A DNA stretch of 64,000 nucleotides, from the NCBI GenBank assembly GCA_021613535.1, contig CP075492.1:11470001-11534000 (forward strand), given 5' to 3'. Made by a program: the position numbers and the translations under genes. The notes under the pieces are model-generated. The model was not told the origin of the DNA and searched no databases. It saw only the letters and a program-made list of their open reading frames with translations. Origin of the DNA: Adineta vaga. Lineage: Eukaryota > Animalia > Rotifera. Numbering within the stretch: the stretch's first letter is position 1; the number at the start of each line of letters is the position of its first letter. Positions 36,432-55,560 of this stretch are shown here, in pieces.

Positions 36432-39400
36432 TTGATTTGTTGAAGTTCGATATTAATTATTTAGATAAATTTTACTTTGAGAAAACGAATTTTTCAAACA
36501 CGGCGCCTTATAATGACAATCTATTTAAAGTAACTGACATCGTAAAATAACTAGATTCATATATGCAAATCATAAACTACGAAAATATTATTTATATCTT
36601 TGATAAAACGGAAATTCTTATGAATAAGAGAAACTATCGGTTGAACAAGCGATATATGACCTGATTTCTCACTAGGATCGAGATAATACCATTATAGACA
36701 AAGATTTATTTGATTTTTGATTAATACTATTCTGTATGATGTGTCGATATGTAAGAATCAACAAAGTCCTTATACTAATGAGATATTCTTCTTCTTCTTC
36801 ATGGAAAGAATAACTCACGAGTTAGCACACCTATAGTTTTTCTATGGCATGTTTCAAAGAACAAATGTCATCATTAAGCGTTTATAGAAAAGAAATCGAA
36901 CAGGTAACAGAACATTTTATAAAATGTTTGTTATTTTTTCTTGGAGAAGAATATCTATCGATTACGAAAGAACATTTTCATTTCCGATATTATTCTAAGA
37001 AGAATAAATTAGCAGTTTAGTCTAACAGAGTTTGACATTTTCTAAAGAGCTAGTTAGTTGATGATTGTACGGTACAATTTAGAGGCAGGTCATCGTTGAT
37101 ATTTATCCTAATTTATCTGAATAACAAGAAGAACTTAACGAGATCGCTTAATATGACCTTTTTCTCGTCATTTAGAAACCGTCAACCACTGTTAAAAACA
37201 CTAAAATTTAACCTCTATATTATCCTTACAGACAAGAAGTAATAATATTAACAACTCATATAGATTTCAAGTACGACGATTTATTTTCTTCTTGACAACA
37301 TATACTTCCGCTAGTATGCCTTCAAGAGACAAGAAGCACGCAAACATTTGACATTAACTACAATTACAACCGACGAGTTTAATCATTCTGGTGAGTTTTA
37401 AGAAGATCATATTCAATCAATCAAAAAGAATAAGTTCATTGAGTTAGGATAGCATGTTTCATTCCTAATTGTTATATAATCAATTGAATTTTTCTTTTCA
37501 TTTTCTGTAATAATATTCATTTTATTGAACCTTACACAATCCTGTAACAAAATGAACTATATAATTAAACGTAGTCTTTTTTAGCTATTCTATTCTCTAG
37601 AATTATAGATGTTTTCGTAACTGAGGATGTTTTTGTGTCGTTATTACTCAATTTATAATGAATATTAATGTCTGCAGTTCTCACGATGACATTTTCTGCC
37701 TTTAAACATAACTCCGATTGTCATGTTATCACATTTGCTTTTCTGATTCGCTGTCAATATATAAGTCGAGTTGTTGAGTCGTGCATACTCTACTGATTTC
37801 CGATCGTAATAAGTGTCATTATTATTTGAGCACATGCTAAGTAGTGATGCGTTTTTTTTCCAACATATTCTATGACCCGTTTAGAGACATCTTCTTGTAC
37901 TATCTTAGTTCTATGAAGATCGATGGGCTTGATTAGACTTAGAATATTGTTGCTGACAGTTAAGATAGAGAAACTTTTCTCAGTTGGTTTTGTACGTTAA
38001 CAAGTATTATTTGATATTATCATTGATAGTTTCTTCCTTTTCGTCGAAGAATAAAAACTTTCTTCAATTAAATTAAATCGATACAAAAACGTTTACTATC
38101 CTGTCTTAATGAGATCTGAAAATAGTCACATAAAAATACATTAGTCATGAACAACAATTTATTTCAATATAATAAAAGGATTATATGTATGTCTTAACCA
38201 CGCACATCGCATAGACGATAAAAAAGAGAATGTGATGATTATTTTATAATATATCTATATATTTATATCTTTCTTTTAGTTGCACGTAGAAGTGCTTCTG
38301 TTCTAACGTTGATGTCTATTATTCTTTTTTAACTTCGTTTTAGGCTAATAAGCAATGAGGCGAATCCAAGTATATACTGTCACGTTTAAAATAGATATAT
38401 TTGTAGCTATCACACGTCTTAACAAGGAACTTTTCTTCGACACTGATTTATTCTTCAGGTAAAAAAAAATGTTAGTCATATTCATTTAAGATTCTTTAAA
38501 GAAAACTTTTCTTCAGTTATTTGATACATATAATAATGTATTGACGACGTGAATTGAAACCATAATAGGTTATTGAAATATAGGGTTACATCAGTATGTG
38601 GGCATACGTGAAAGAAAAAAAAAGACAAGAGGTTCTAGCTTTTTCTTTATTATCTCTTCTTTTTTTCCTCTTGCGTTCTTGTTGATTACTACAGAGAGAA
38701 GAAAACGTAATTTTATCGACGAAAACAGGTAATTGAAATAGTTTGCAGATCAATTTTCAATGTAGATTCATGGATTGATCTTAATATTCTTTTTTGTTTT
38801 TTTGAGTTGAAAGAGTTAATTGGAAAAGAAAGAAACTAGAATATTTAAAAGATTTTCCCATTAAGTAGAATCATTACAAAAATATAAGATTTCTTTTCTT
38901 TTTTTTTTGAAACAATATTCGATGTTTACTCGTGTCGTTTTGTTGTTTACATAAAAAGATAAAGGAATGAAATCATATTTCATAGGTAAGTGTGATCAAT
39001 ATTTACAAATTAGTAGGAAATATATAGAAACAAAATAGCAAAAAAAATGGATGATTGAATAAAGATAAAATCTGTGAAATGAAGATCACGGAAGAAACTC
39101 TATTCAAATCTTAGATATTAGTATAAAGTCGAACGATTTTGTATTCAGTTTCCTCTCTGTTAGTTTATTCAAGCATGAAATTACCCTTCATTTGATCACA
39201 TGACGATAGAAAAGAAGAATATTCTACAGATGCTATTAGTAAAACATATGAGTTGTAAGCAATATTACAAATAGAGGTATTATTTAATCATTTTTTCTTT
39301 CTTCAATGTTCTCAAGGGAAAGATTTCCATATGTAAAGATATTCTTTCTTTTTTTGATTCCTGTATCGTTCTATATATAAATACTTCAGTAGTCTCTTTC

Positions 39401-39606
39401 AAGTAACAAATTAGTCCGATAAGAATAAAAAAAAGCAGGTTTAGTGGTTATTTTTTCTTCACATCGATGAATGTGTTGACATGCAATATATAAATATATA
39501 TTTATATGTATTTATAATACAAATCTCTTCCTCTTTTAGAATTTCCTGTCTATGACAATGATATGATAATCTTTTTAATTAATAGTAATACTGATACAAT
39601 GTGATC

Positions 39607-41680
39607 ATGTCGGATGGAAATATATTCAACGTTCCTAAAGTTATTCGAACTTACAACGTCTCACTAGGGACCAATACGACAACGAATTACTATACTACAT
39701 CTGTCACCACAGCAGCAATATCTTCAAGTTCAATAAATTCTGATATTTCACCAATAGAATGTCTTGGTTTTGCTCTATTAATATTAACTACCGTGATTGG
39801 AAATACACTTGTCCTTTCAGCACTTTTTCTTGATAAACGTCTGCATAAACCATCATTCTTTCTCATTGCAAATATGGCTATTGCTGATTTATTACTTGGT
39901 AAGATTACTTTTAGTTTCATAAAACTAATAAATCAATCACTCTAAATACTCATCTAGGTTTATCAGTCCTTCCATTTTCTTCCGTACTTGAACTTCTCAA
40001 TGATCGATGGATATTTGGACAAAGTTTGTGTACAGCATGGCTTGCACTTGATGTTCTATGTTGTACAGCATCAATTATAGCGTTGATGGCTGTTTCGATT
40101 GAGCGATATATTGGTGTGACACGACCGTTAACTTATAGTTCGATAATGACAACTCATCGAACAGTTTATCTGATTATTATTGTATGGACTGTATCTATAT
40201 TAACATCTGTAGTGCCATTATTTGGTTTAACAGATCGTGGAAAAGGTTCTAAAGATTCGAAATCAATTCGTGAACGTTCCGAAACATGTAAAGTGAATAA
40301 AAATACATTTTATACGATATTTTCATCATCGATCTCATTCTATATTCCTGTTATTATTCTTCTTATACTTTATTCTCGTGTATATCGAGAAGCTAACAAA
40401 CAAAGCAAAAGATTAGAACAAGAAAAACGTCGTATCTATGAAATTGATTATCAAATTACCGCTGAAAACGCTCGATTACGACAGAGTCAAAACAATGGAT
40501 GTCCAATAAAAACTCGAACACCTTCAAATCAATCGAGTGAAAATAAATATGCTCCATCACTAAAACTTCTAAATCGTGAAGCTACTCTTGATGAAGATGG
40601 TAGCCTGAATCCTACTCTAACAGTTACTGATGGTGCTCAATTAAAAAAAGAATTTGCAAAATTTAAGGTATTGTCCATGTAATATAATTTTATCTTTCAA
40701 AAGAGATCGTCATTTTTGTTTGAAAATTCTAATGAACTAAAAACATAAGCTATCGATGACTGGTTTTTTTTTATTCTCAGAAAAATTTCGATGATGACAT
40801 ATCCAATTCTGGTTCTTCGTTCATCGGCCATAAGAAACGAAAACATCGATTACCTCGAAAACGATTATTTTCAATTCTGAAACGTAATTCTCTTCTTAAT
40901 ACTCCTCAAGCACCACAATACAATCGGGAAATGCAACCCAATAATGAATTATTATTAATAAAACATAAATTACATAATCTTAAACGTGAACAAAAAGCTT
41001 TCCGTACAGTTAGTTTAATTTTGGGTGCTCTACTTATTTGTTGGTTACCATTCTTTGTCATGTTACCTGTTATGTCGATACAAGAACAACATAATTCAAA
41101 TATTAACAGTGCAGAAAATACATGGTTTAAAATTGCATTTTGGCTTGGTTATTGTAATTCAGCGGTGAGTTAGAATGGTAATTGATTCATTCTGAGAATT
41201 CTCTATATATTATCTTTAAAATAGCTTAATCCATTTGTCTATGCATTCTCGAATAAAGCTATTCGTCGAGCATTTCGTCAAGTGATATTTCGTCGATGTT
41301 GTTGCTGTCTTTGTGGATCACCCTCAGATACATTTGATGAAGAGTATGGTCGTCCACGAAAACGGATTTATAGTGGTTCATTAACAACGGATATATCTAA
41401 TTCAAATTTCAGAGCACTACACTCAACTTCGTTAGATGTCGGTCGGATATCGTCAAAAATTAAAGAAGATCCGGATATTCCATCTCTTCGAGCGCCAGAG
41501 GAACCGGCTGTTACAGTTGCTGACTTTTTTGCAGAAAAGAATGGTGACGACGACGACGACGATGATGATGATGATGATGCTGATGCTGATGATCTTTTAT
41601 CTGATGACGACAAGCAATCAAATCAAGAATGCAATACAGCATTATTAAAAGCACAACAGACGTCAACATCCATTTCCTGA
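39607..41680 (+). CDS. Class A aminergic GPCR, alpha1-adrenergic-like (or alpha-octopamine-like), 4 coding exons
   Basis: GNTLV, MAIADLLLG, TM3 WLALDVLCCTASI...ERYIGV, TM5 FSSSISFYIP, CWLPFF, FWLGYCNSA|LNPFVY. Confidence 0.9.
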
Positions 41681-43125
41681 AATTCAGCCCATTCATTTCT
41701 CTTTCGTGACTTGATGTACCGGTGATCTGTTGTTTCTCTTTTAACATATTCTCGTTCTGTATAGTTAAATTGCTTTTTCTTTTCTTTGCTTCTGCTACGA
41801 CTGCTTTTGTCCATTCCAGTTAAATTCTATTTTCATTGTTGTTTTTTTGCATTTGTTTCTTCTATATTTAGTTTTTTATTTTGTTGTACAAAATAAACAG
41901 AATTTGTCGAAATAAATCCAATCAATTCATATAATAACAGATCAGTCGATCACTGACACATTGATTTCTCAACAACACACATATGTGTTTTATTGCTATC
42001 ATGGTTGATTTCGCATCAAATAAGAAAAACATGTTTAAATACAACATTAATTTAGTTAACACATAATAGTAGAATAACAACAATAATTATTTGTAATTAT
42101 TCCTAACATTATGACGTACATACATTTCTTTTTCAGATGTTTTCATTGTACCTAGAATATATACTTTAGTAGTCTTCAGTTTATGAATAGACTGTAGATT
42201 CTTATATCAAATATGTATATATAAAGAAGCAATCAATGGAAGTAAAGTGATCGTTCATTGTTATTGTCATCCAGTCCATTTGTTATTCAAAATATTCTTA
42301 TAGTCAATTTTAGATCAGAGTATTTTAATGCGAAAATAAATGGAGAAGAAGAGAAACTAGAACAAAAGTGAACTGCAAAGAAAGGAATTTTGTCCAAGAC
42401 GCAACTAAAAGTCAGGACATGAACGTCTGCTGTTGCAAAATGGCGATGAAAGAAAGAAAAAAAACCATTTCAAATAATCAAAAAGACTGACAATTACAAA
42501 AAAAAGAAGAAAGAAAAGAAAAGGAAAAGTACACACACTGCACAGATTGGACACCTGATAGCGTTGTGTTGATGAACGCCTATCTGATTTTCATATATGG
42601 ATCGAACATGAATGGCATATTGCAGTGTGCAAATGAAATTTTTACGAATAAGAAAGAAAAAAGATGCTTGGTGAAACAATTACATTCAAAATAAGAAAAA
42701 GAAGAAGAAGAAGAAAAAAAGGAAAAGGAGAAAGGAATACTCTTCTATTCAATGCACAAGATTTTTTTCTCATAAGTAATAACGCCAAATATGTTTCCAA
42801 TAGGTTAGCTAAAATATAAGTGCAAAATAGACTATTTGAAGAAAAAAAACGAAAGAAAACAAACCGAAATAAAAAGAACGAACAACACAGAGATAATACT
42901 CTCAACACAGACATTTTTTTTGCTAATGACTATAAAGCAATGAAAGCACGTGCATTTGAATACACTTATTTGGAAATATGCACGGACTGTTCAATACATA
43001 CAAATAGGAAACACACATACACAAACAGACCAAACAATGAATTTGAGAATTAGTCTAATATTAAAAAGAAACAAAGAGTTTGACACACACACACACACAC
43101 TCAGATGCGCGCATATACGCATGAA

Positions 43126-47318
<4,193 letters not shown>

Positions 47319-50300
47319 AATTCATTGAGATAAAATAGAATATTTTGGAAAAAAAGGCTTTACTATCGATCGAGATCTAAAAATACTTGATGTGACAAAA
47401 TATCTAGAAGATGGAGAAGCAAAAAAAAAAGTAATTATATATTCTTTTCTTCCATAGCTGATTTTAGATGATGACGGTGGTATTGCTCTGTATGCGATCA
47501 GTCGTACGCAAACGACGAAAGAGAAAAAAAGAGAGAAGAAAAAAAAAGAACTGTCGAGAAATAATCTATAGTTTTTTGTTGCTACGAGCAAAACAAAATC
47601 GACAAGTGACGTCATCATATAAAGAACTAAAGCTGACATCGAACTCTCTAGTGAATTGTAATCAAGTAAAAATTTTTGTTTTTTTAACTGACAAATATTT
47701 ATTAAACAAATATATAGCTGTAAGCAGAGAATAGATCTTACTCGTTTTCTTCTTCAGTTTCTCTCATTTCTCAGCTGGATTGATCATTATCAGGAAAATG
47801 CGCGCGTACGCACACGCACAATCCATCGAACGATCTATTCTATTCTCTTCTATTTCTATAACTACAAGGATTATAGAGGAAATATGAAAAAAAACCCGGA
47901 GAAGGAAGAATTCAAATCGAGCAACCTATTCGTACGCTTCTAGACGAACGTTTTTCTTTATTGAACTAATTCTCCTTTGATTCTTATTAGCGGTTACATA
48001 GTAAATACGAAGTTCGATAGTAAAAAAAAACAATACTGATTAACGAGTAACGTAGCAAAACAATGTAAACGGAAAATATTTTTCCGATGATTGCTAATAC
48101 AGAAATAAAATAAGAACATATCGAAGAGAGAGTAACGATAGATTTGAATACATATTATATATATATATATATATACGACCACAAAAGAAAAAGAACTGGC
48201 AAGAGCTTGTTTTATTTCGACATCACTAAAAAAAAGTAATCTTGCTCGTAAAATACATCACGCTCGTGTTATTTTATGATCTTTGTGATCGTTATTTCTT
48301 TTTAATGGTCGATACTTCTGATATGGATAAAAGTTTTCGAACTTTATATGTATTTATATATATATATATTTGTTGTCTGTATGTAGTCAATTTCACTTTC
48401 TTTAGGATCGATAAATGCGTTGCTATGATAATAAATGTTGGCAAAAAAAACGAGAAAAATGAAGAGACTACGAGGCTAATGCACACGCATCAACATGCAT
48501 ATGTCATTTCTTCGACTCGTAAACGTGCAAGCACTCCGCATAGAGAACAGAGGAAATAGAGTTTTTATACTCAATCGAAAGTCATCATATTCGATAACGA
48601 AAGAGAGAGGGAGAAAAAAACGATACAGAATGCAAGAACAAGACTTCTTTCCTTTTTTTTCTATTAAATGACTTTTGATCCTCTTTTTTTCTGTTCCTTG
48701 ATAATAATATAATTTTAAGATGGATTGATAAAAGGAAACTTATCCACTCAGTGATTGACAGATCACAATCGATGTTCGTTGTGTCTTATAATAGAATTCA
48801 AGAAAGAATAATCACTATTTATATGCAGTAAAACGAAAAAGACTATTACCTTGACTTGAATAAGAACAATAAACTTTTCTATCTGTTATATCAACACAAA
48901 AGTACAAATATTCTTTTCTTTTTAAATGCAAACATTTAAATTCTTGATATGTCGAAAAAGAAAGAAACCGCAAACCAACTTACGTCAACTTATCATCTAA
49001 ACTTTTCTTATTCAAATTATCAAACATGAATATAAATTTCTGTTAAACATGATGACTGTCAATATATTTACCATGTAAATCGCAGTTCGGGGGATAATTA
49101 AAGAGATGTTGTATATTCTCTTTTTGATGACAGTTTAGTTTATTTTTCCTTGTCAGTCTGTCTATCTATCTTTCTGTCACTGTCTATTACCAATAGGAAT
49201 AGAAGAAAAAAACATAATAGAGAGAAGAAAAAAACGTAGAAGAAGAAGAAGAAGAAATATACGATCATGTCACACTAGATAGATTCATTACTGACGTTGT
49301 TCGTCTTACTAACCAACGATAATATTAAGATGATAATGAGGAACTAAACATATGTGAAAGACAGTCAAAATGATGCGCAAGTGCACTCGTCTCCCACACA
49401 TACACACGACGATTTACATCATTGCTAACATACGAGATGCAACTTCTCTCATTCCTTGTGTTCTGTGTTCTGCCACCGAGAATAGTGTGCATTCGACGAC
49501 GGCAGTTACGACGACCAATCTTTGCGCACACATACATTAGTTTTTTTGCTTGTGCCGCTCGACACTGCTCGCAATAGCAAAGCGAAAAAAGCCACCATCA
49601 CATACCAAAGTGTTTTTTTATCAATAGGAAAGCGAAGAACTGTGATGATGGTGTGATAGTGGCATTAAAATAGAGAAGAAGAAGAAAAAAACCGGAGAAA
49701 AAGAATAAGAAGCAAAAAAAAGAAACCAAAAGAAAAAAAAAGAAATCCAGCCTACAAATTTTATAATATCAAACGCACAAAAAAAGACAAGTGTTGATGG
49801 TAAAGAAAGGGAACGACAAAGAAGGAGAGAGAGAGAGAAAGTGAATAAGATAAAAAAAATAACTGATTGCAAAAGAAAAGACCTTGAAAGAATCAAGTAA
49901 TTCAGTAATCTGATATTTCAAAACGAAATATATGTTTGACGAGACATTAATATACAATGCAATAAAAAAAAGAAGAAAAAAAAGATAAGCACCGACTCAA
50001 ATAAGATCAAAGTATATTTCAATTAAAACGTAAATCGTCAGAAAAAATATAGTACATAAAAGCAAAAAAAAAATGACTTCTATACTTACATAAACTAAGA
50101 GCTCATCTGTTGTCGTTAATAATTTAGGGCAAACAATAAATCTATTAATTCATTAAATAGTACAGGCTGTCAGAGAATTTCCTCGATGAATTTAGCATAT
50201 CAATCAAAAATTACACTGTTGATAACTGTGTCGATGGTATCTATCAAAAATAGTTGCAGTTGTACAGATGATGAATTTCGCGTATGATAGTAATTCTCAT

Positions 50301-51999
50301 TAGAATTCAGAAGATCAATTAAAATCTTCTGGTTATATGATCTATGACTTATTCTGTTGATTTGTCGATTATAAATATGACATTTATTCAAATTCAAATC
50401 GATTGCTATGTTTAATACCTGATCGAAGATGAATATTCAATCAGCATTATAAACTTATTGATATTCTTAACGAATAGTTTCTTTCTTTTATGATACTATC
50501 ATTCACACATCCTTTCTTCTATTGATATTTTCATACATTATTATAGGAGAAAAAAGTATTGTGATCGTTAATAATATTAAAAGATAAATGTTTTTTTTCT
50601 CATTTTAAATGATGATGATGATTGTTTACATCTTGATTAACAGGTGACATCACACTCAAGACTATAACAATAATTACATGACGACGTCAGAGTTCTATTT
50701 ATAGAAATAAACAACGTCATACGCAAGTTAAACTGCACTTCGAACCATCAGAAATTTGATTGGATTGATCGATTTCAGAATAGATGGAATTATTGCTTAT
50801 AAATAGTCTTTCATTTTTTTTTGCCATTGTGTTTGCCAATGTTCTCATGGATCTATGTAATTTGTTCATTAATCAGTTGCTTTTTCGAACGAGTCGAAAA
50901 CAAGAAGTCATTTTTATGATTATTGTATGTCAGTAAGTTTATTAAAAACAATGAAATAAAACAATTATTATATATCTATCGAATAAAATCCAGTAAGAAA
51001 AAAGATAAGATTTGTTCCTAGTGTAATATAACTCAAAACATTCGTTACTATCGATTTTATAGATTATATGATGTACTTCACTTGGATTATAATCTATCGA
51101 ACAAATAATTAAAATAACATCTGATTATAATTAATAATACGATCTATACGATATTCATTAGTTATACGCGATTTTCTGGTGTAAGTTGAATATGAAACAT
51201 CTGTTAGGACAAGAAATCTGTCGATCCTACGAGAGAAGTCAAACGAAAATCGAGATTTTTTTATGTATGACAGATAATATCGTATTACAGTGACATTTTA
51301 ATAGCTCTATAAATGCAAGATAATAGCTATAGGAATATGACCTTATCCAGAGTATTGATTGGTTTTTAAATATTGTAATTGTGTTGTTTTTTTTGGATGA
51401 TGATGATGATGAGTAGTCGAGTCTTTTAATTTTATTGAATCTTTCATAATGATTGAGTCAAAAGAAAATATTTGTGTTTCGAAAAAATAACTTTCGTGAA
51501 AAAACTTTGTTAAAATGAATTACGTGACTTCTTTTTTTTTGTCTCATTCTACGTCAGATCTATTGTAGATTTAGAGTGCAACATATATATTCATCATCGA
51601 AATCAATGAGAAAAAATATCATCTGCATTGTCGATCCATATTTTATCTAAAGTATAATTCATGGATTTGATCGATGCGTTCAATAAACTATCAGTAGTAG
51701 GAAAAATTAATTACCTTAAGATTCAATGTCAAAGAATCGTTCAAATAGCTTGAAGAAAAGTATCAAAGATGGTGGCTATTTGAAACATCTCAGTGGAAAA
51801 CTATGTTATTTCCTGAAAACTACGGAAGGAAATACTTGAGAAGTATCGTAAGTGACAGGGGTATAATGTTGAAATTACAAAATTATAGAATTTGATGAAG
51901 TCTTTTTCATGTGTTATAAATGACTTGTTAGTTATGAGAAAGAAAAACACACAGACATCTAAGAATTATTTGATATAACGAAAAAAAAGTCCACATGAT

Positions 52000-52572
52000 C
52001 TAATCGGAATACCATTCTGATTTTCGTAAATCACTTCGACACATTGGACATTTGGAATTTTTCTAAAAATTCAACGAAAAGATTCTATTGACATCATCAA
52101 AACTTGATTTCATTATACCTTAAGCCATTTATCAATACATTTGCAATGAAATTGATGTAAACATGGAATTGTTCGTAGTTTATCATCGGATTTATATTCA
52201 TTCAGACAAATATCACATAGTTTACCAGTTGCAGATACTTCACCTGCAGTTGTTTTTGGATAACATTCAATTAATTGTTTTGATAAACCAATATCAGCAA
52301 AACTTTCATCATTATCATCATCGAATTCTTCACCGTGTGCTTCTTCTTCTTCATAGAAATCACCTTCATCATCAGTTTCCCAACTAAAGTTTTGGAAAAG
52401 AAATTTATCGAAGATCAGGAAAAAAAAACTCTAGATTTCACTTATACCTATCACTTTCATCGGCTTGTGCCACATCAATTACTTCGATTCTCTGTGATGA
52501 TGATGATGATGAATTTGTTTGTTGATCAGTTGAAAACGGAGTTACTTGATCATCTTGATTATTAGCAGCCAT
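52000..52572 (-). CDS. Short RING-H2 E3 ligase, 3 exons; not correctly captured by the ORF track
   Basis: Acidic N-terminus, GLSKQLIECYP, CDICLNEYKSDDKLRTIPCLHQFHCKCIDKWLK|KNSKCPMCR. Confidence 0.85.
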
Positions 52573-53069
52573 TGTATCAGTTTACGACTATATTATATGA
52601 TTTAATTGAGCTGCGTTTGCGATTGAAATATTAAAATATCATGACTCACAAACGTTGATAATGAGTGGATATATCTTCTTCTTCTTTCTTTCTTTCTATC
52701 TCTATGTATCAGATAATTTCAATAGATGTCGATAATTTGCAATGATCGAATGATACTTGTTCTTATCTGTTCGATTATATTAACTAGCGGTTTTACTCGC
52801 ATGTTATGCTCGCTTTAAAGACAATCGATTAAATTTCGAACAATAAAAAAATAAGCGAAGTGAAACAAAAAGAAAATTATATTTATCTAACATTCTCTAA
52901 AAAAGATATACCTAACAATTGACAAAGGAGAACAAAATATAACAATTTTTATTCGTGTGTAAAGTATCATTGTGTGAAAATAAATTGAATATTTATACAA
53001 CAGAAAAAAAGATTCCTTTTGTCACGCAAAACATTATTATCGAAGATTGTGTTATTAATGTGTGATGAA

Positions 53070-54262
53070 TTATACAATTGGTGGTACACGACAAATTGGA
53101 CATTGATTGTTGTCCTAAATCAATAAAAACAAGGAAAGATATGGGTGAATTAATTTAGTTTTGACAATGAAATTCAATAGATTTACTTTTAACCATTTAT
53201 CTATGCAATCTTTGTGATATAAATGAAAACAACGTAATCGACGTAAGATTTGGTTTTGTTCAAAATCATCCCAACAAACGCTACATTTATTTTCTTCATC
53301 ACTTTTATTTCGAGCACCTTGAAATGGTTCAGTTGGCAAACGATTAATCTGTTCGTCAGTTAATGACTGACTTCGAACACTATTATCAAGTTCAAGTAAT
53401 CTCTGAAGAAATAAGAAAGAAAGAAAGAAAGAATAAAAATCAAAAGAAATCTTAAGAAACTTACTTCATAATCATTAGGACCAAAATCATCTGTAGAATT
53501 TTGAACATCACGAGGTCGTCGACCATTGGGACGAAGTATTGCATTACTGGCCATAAACTGAAAAATGTTAGTTATATTGGTTGTATTGTCATTATTATTA
53601 TTATTATTATTATTATTGTGATTATTCGTATTTCTTGGCGGTCGACGTAGTGTTGGTCTTTGCATTGGTATTACCTCGGGTTCATCCGAATGAATAGTTG
53701 GATCTAGTGGTGGCCGTGAAGGAAATGTTGGCCGACGTATAGAATATCCTGGTCGTTGTTGAATTCTTCTTCCTCGTTGTTCTTCTTCAGCTTGTAAATG
53801 TGCTGCTAGTTCTGCATCACTAAGCACCGGTGAAATATCAGCGTCAATAATAATAGGCGGCGATTTATTATTTGCTGCTGCTGCCGCTGCTCTATATGAT
53901 CGAGAAGGATTTAGACTTCTTCGAGAATATTCTTCCTCTTGAAGTCGAAGAGCATAAGCTTCGTCAGCATTGATATCTACTCGAGGTTGTGAATGAATTG
54001 GAGTGGCAACGTGTTGAAAAGGTTCATCATTTTCCATGGATTGAACACTAAACAAATCTTCTTGATGTTGACGAGCGATTTCTTCATCACTCATCGTATC
54101 TAATATCCCCGCTGAATTGATTAATGGCTAAATACAAGAAGAATAAAACCTATTTTTCTTTTGAAAATCACTTACAGGTATCTGATCGTTACTAAGTACT
54201 GTGTCTTGTAATAAGCTGAGGGCACGTATTAGTGTTGATAAAGACCTTGTACTATCTGTCAT
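53070..54262 (-). CDS. RING-H2 E3 ligase with three ubiquitin-binding MIU/UIM-like helices, 4 exons
   Basis: DEEIARQHQE, DEAYALRLQEEE, DAELAAHLQAEE; NDYE|RLLELD; CSVCWDDF...CFHLYHKDCIDKWLK|...CPICR. Confidence 0.88.
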
Positions 54263-54981
54263 TGTAGCTCAAAATAAAGTAAAACCTTCTTACTTGTTGT
54301 AAACAACTGACTCAACGTTTTTTCTTTCTGTTAGTAACGTAAAAAATAAAATCAACATGGACAAATAAGAAAAGAAGAAAAGGAAAAAACCCAGCATGGG
54401 AGTAAGAAGAAAGACGAAAAAACATACTTTATCGTAATAATGATTCTGATTCGATGAATTGACAGATGAGGGTTTTGCTCGATTATATTGTGAAGAATGC
54501 ATACTTGTTTTGATGATTACAATACAATCAAGTGATATACATATATATCAAAAGAAACAAATCGATACGATATTCCTATTTACAAAAACTTTTATCTATA
54601 ATATAATTAAAGATCTGACTGAATCGATATACATATTTTTCTATCAATTAAAATGATGATTAAAAGAATAATATCTTTTTATATGAATCCTTTTTTCAAC
54701 TATCATGTGTACTTTGTGACAAGAGCACTTTTTATGATAGTTTTATTTGACTAAATGCCTATATAATACGTAACTTCAGGTCTTTCTTCTTTCGCCAAAC
54801 AATGTGATGAATGACGTGATTGGTGGTACATTTAAAGAATAAGAATCTGAATAGAAAAACTTCGAAAATATCAGATGGCGTTCATTCACATTAGACGAAT
54901 GAGAAAAACCTTTTAAAAATATTTATTTGTAACATTTATAAACGAACACTGAGATGATATGGTTAATAAATAATACCATTA

Positions 54982-55560
54982 TTAGTCGTTACATAAACAA
55001 GTATCATCTATACTATTCAATAAAGTTAGTAAATCATTTAATAATTCATGTTGTTCAAATGAAACGGATTTTAATAATGAAAGACATTCATCGTCCATAA
55101 TTAAACAAATCAATGGTGTTTGTTTTTTATTATACATTTCCCGTTGTAATTTGGCTGAATGTGGATTACCAGAGCCTTGTTGGTATCTTTCGATTTCATC
55201 TACAATATCAGTTTCAAGTTTTATTCGATCTGTAGTAGGACCGCTTTCACTCAACTGATTTTTACGTTTAAATTCTTTTTTATATCGACAAAGCGTCGCT
55301 AATTGTAGTGATCGATTATTCGAATGTCGCTGGCGATGATGACAAATTAAATTAGTTTGAGTATCAACATTTGTGCTGTCAGATAAGATCTACAAAAGAG
55401 TCAAAACGATGAGTTAAGAATAATATATGAAATAATTTCAATATACTTGTTTCAATTTAATACGCGATCTTTGGGATACATCATTTTCTTCTATGATAGG
55501 TGAGATATAATCCAAAGGCATATTTGCAATTGTAATCGAATAATATTGTGAAGGCAATGC
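54982..55560 (-). CDS. Unknown gene, at least two in-frame exons; ends unresolved
   Basis: Exon ~55447-55560 (LPSQYYSITIANMPLDY...) splices in frame to exon ~55389-54982; no recognisable motif. Confidence 0.4.

Noticed and set aside
36500-39540. Long gene-free region searched for a TE or ncRNA
   Set aside because: No terminal repeats, transposase or RT motifs, or structured RNA seen; likely GPCR promoter and 5'UTR introns.
41900-43120. K/R-rich and F-rich ORFs and a (CA)n tract
   Set aside because: Low-complexity 3'UTR of the Na+/K+-ATPase.
47320-51900. Several 60-105 aa ORFs
   Set aside because: Driven by poly-A/T composition; no recognisable protein features.
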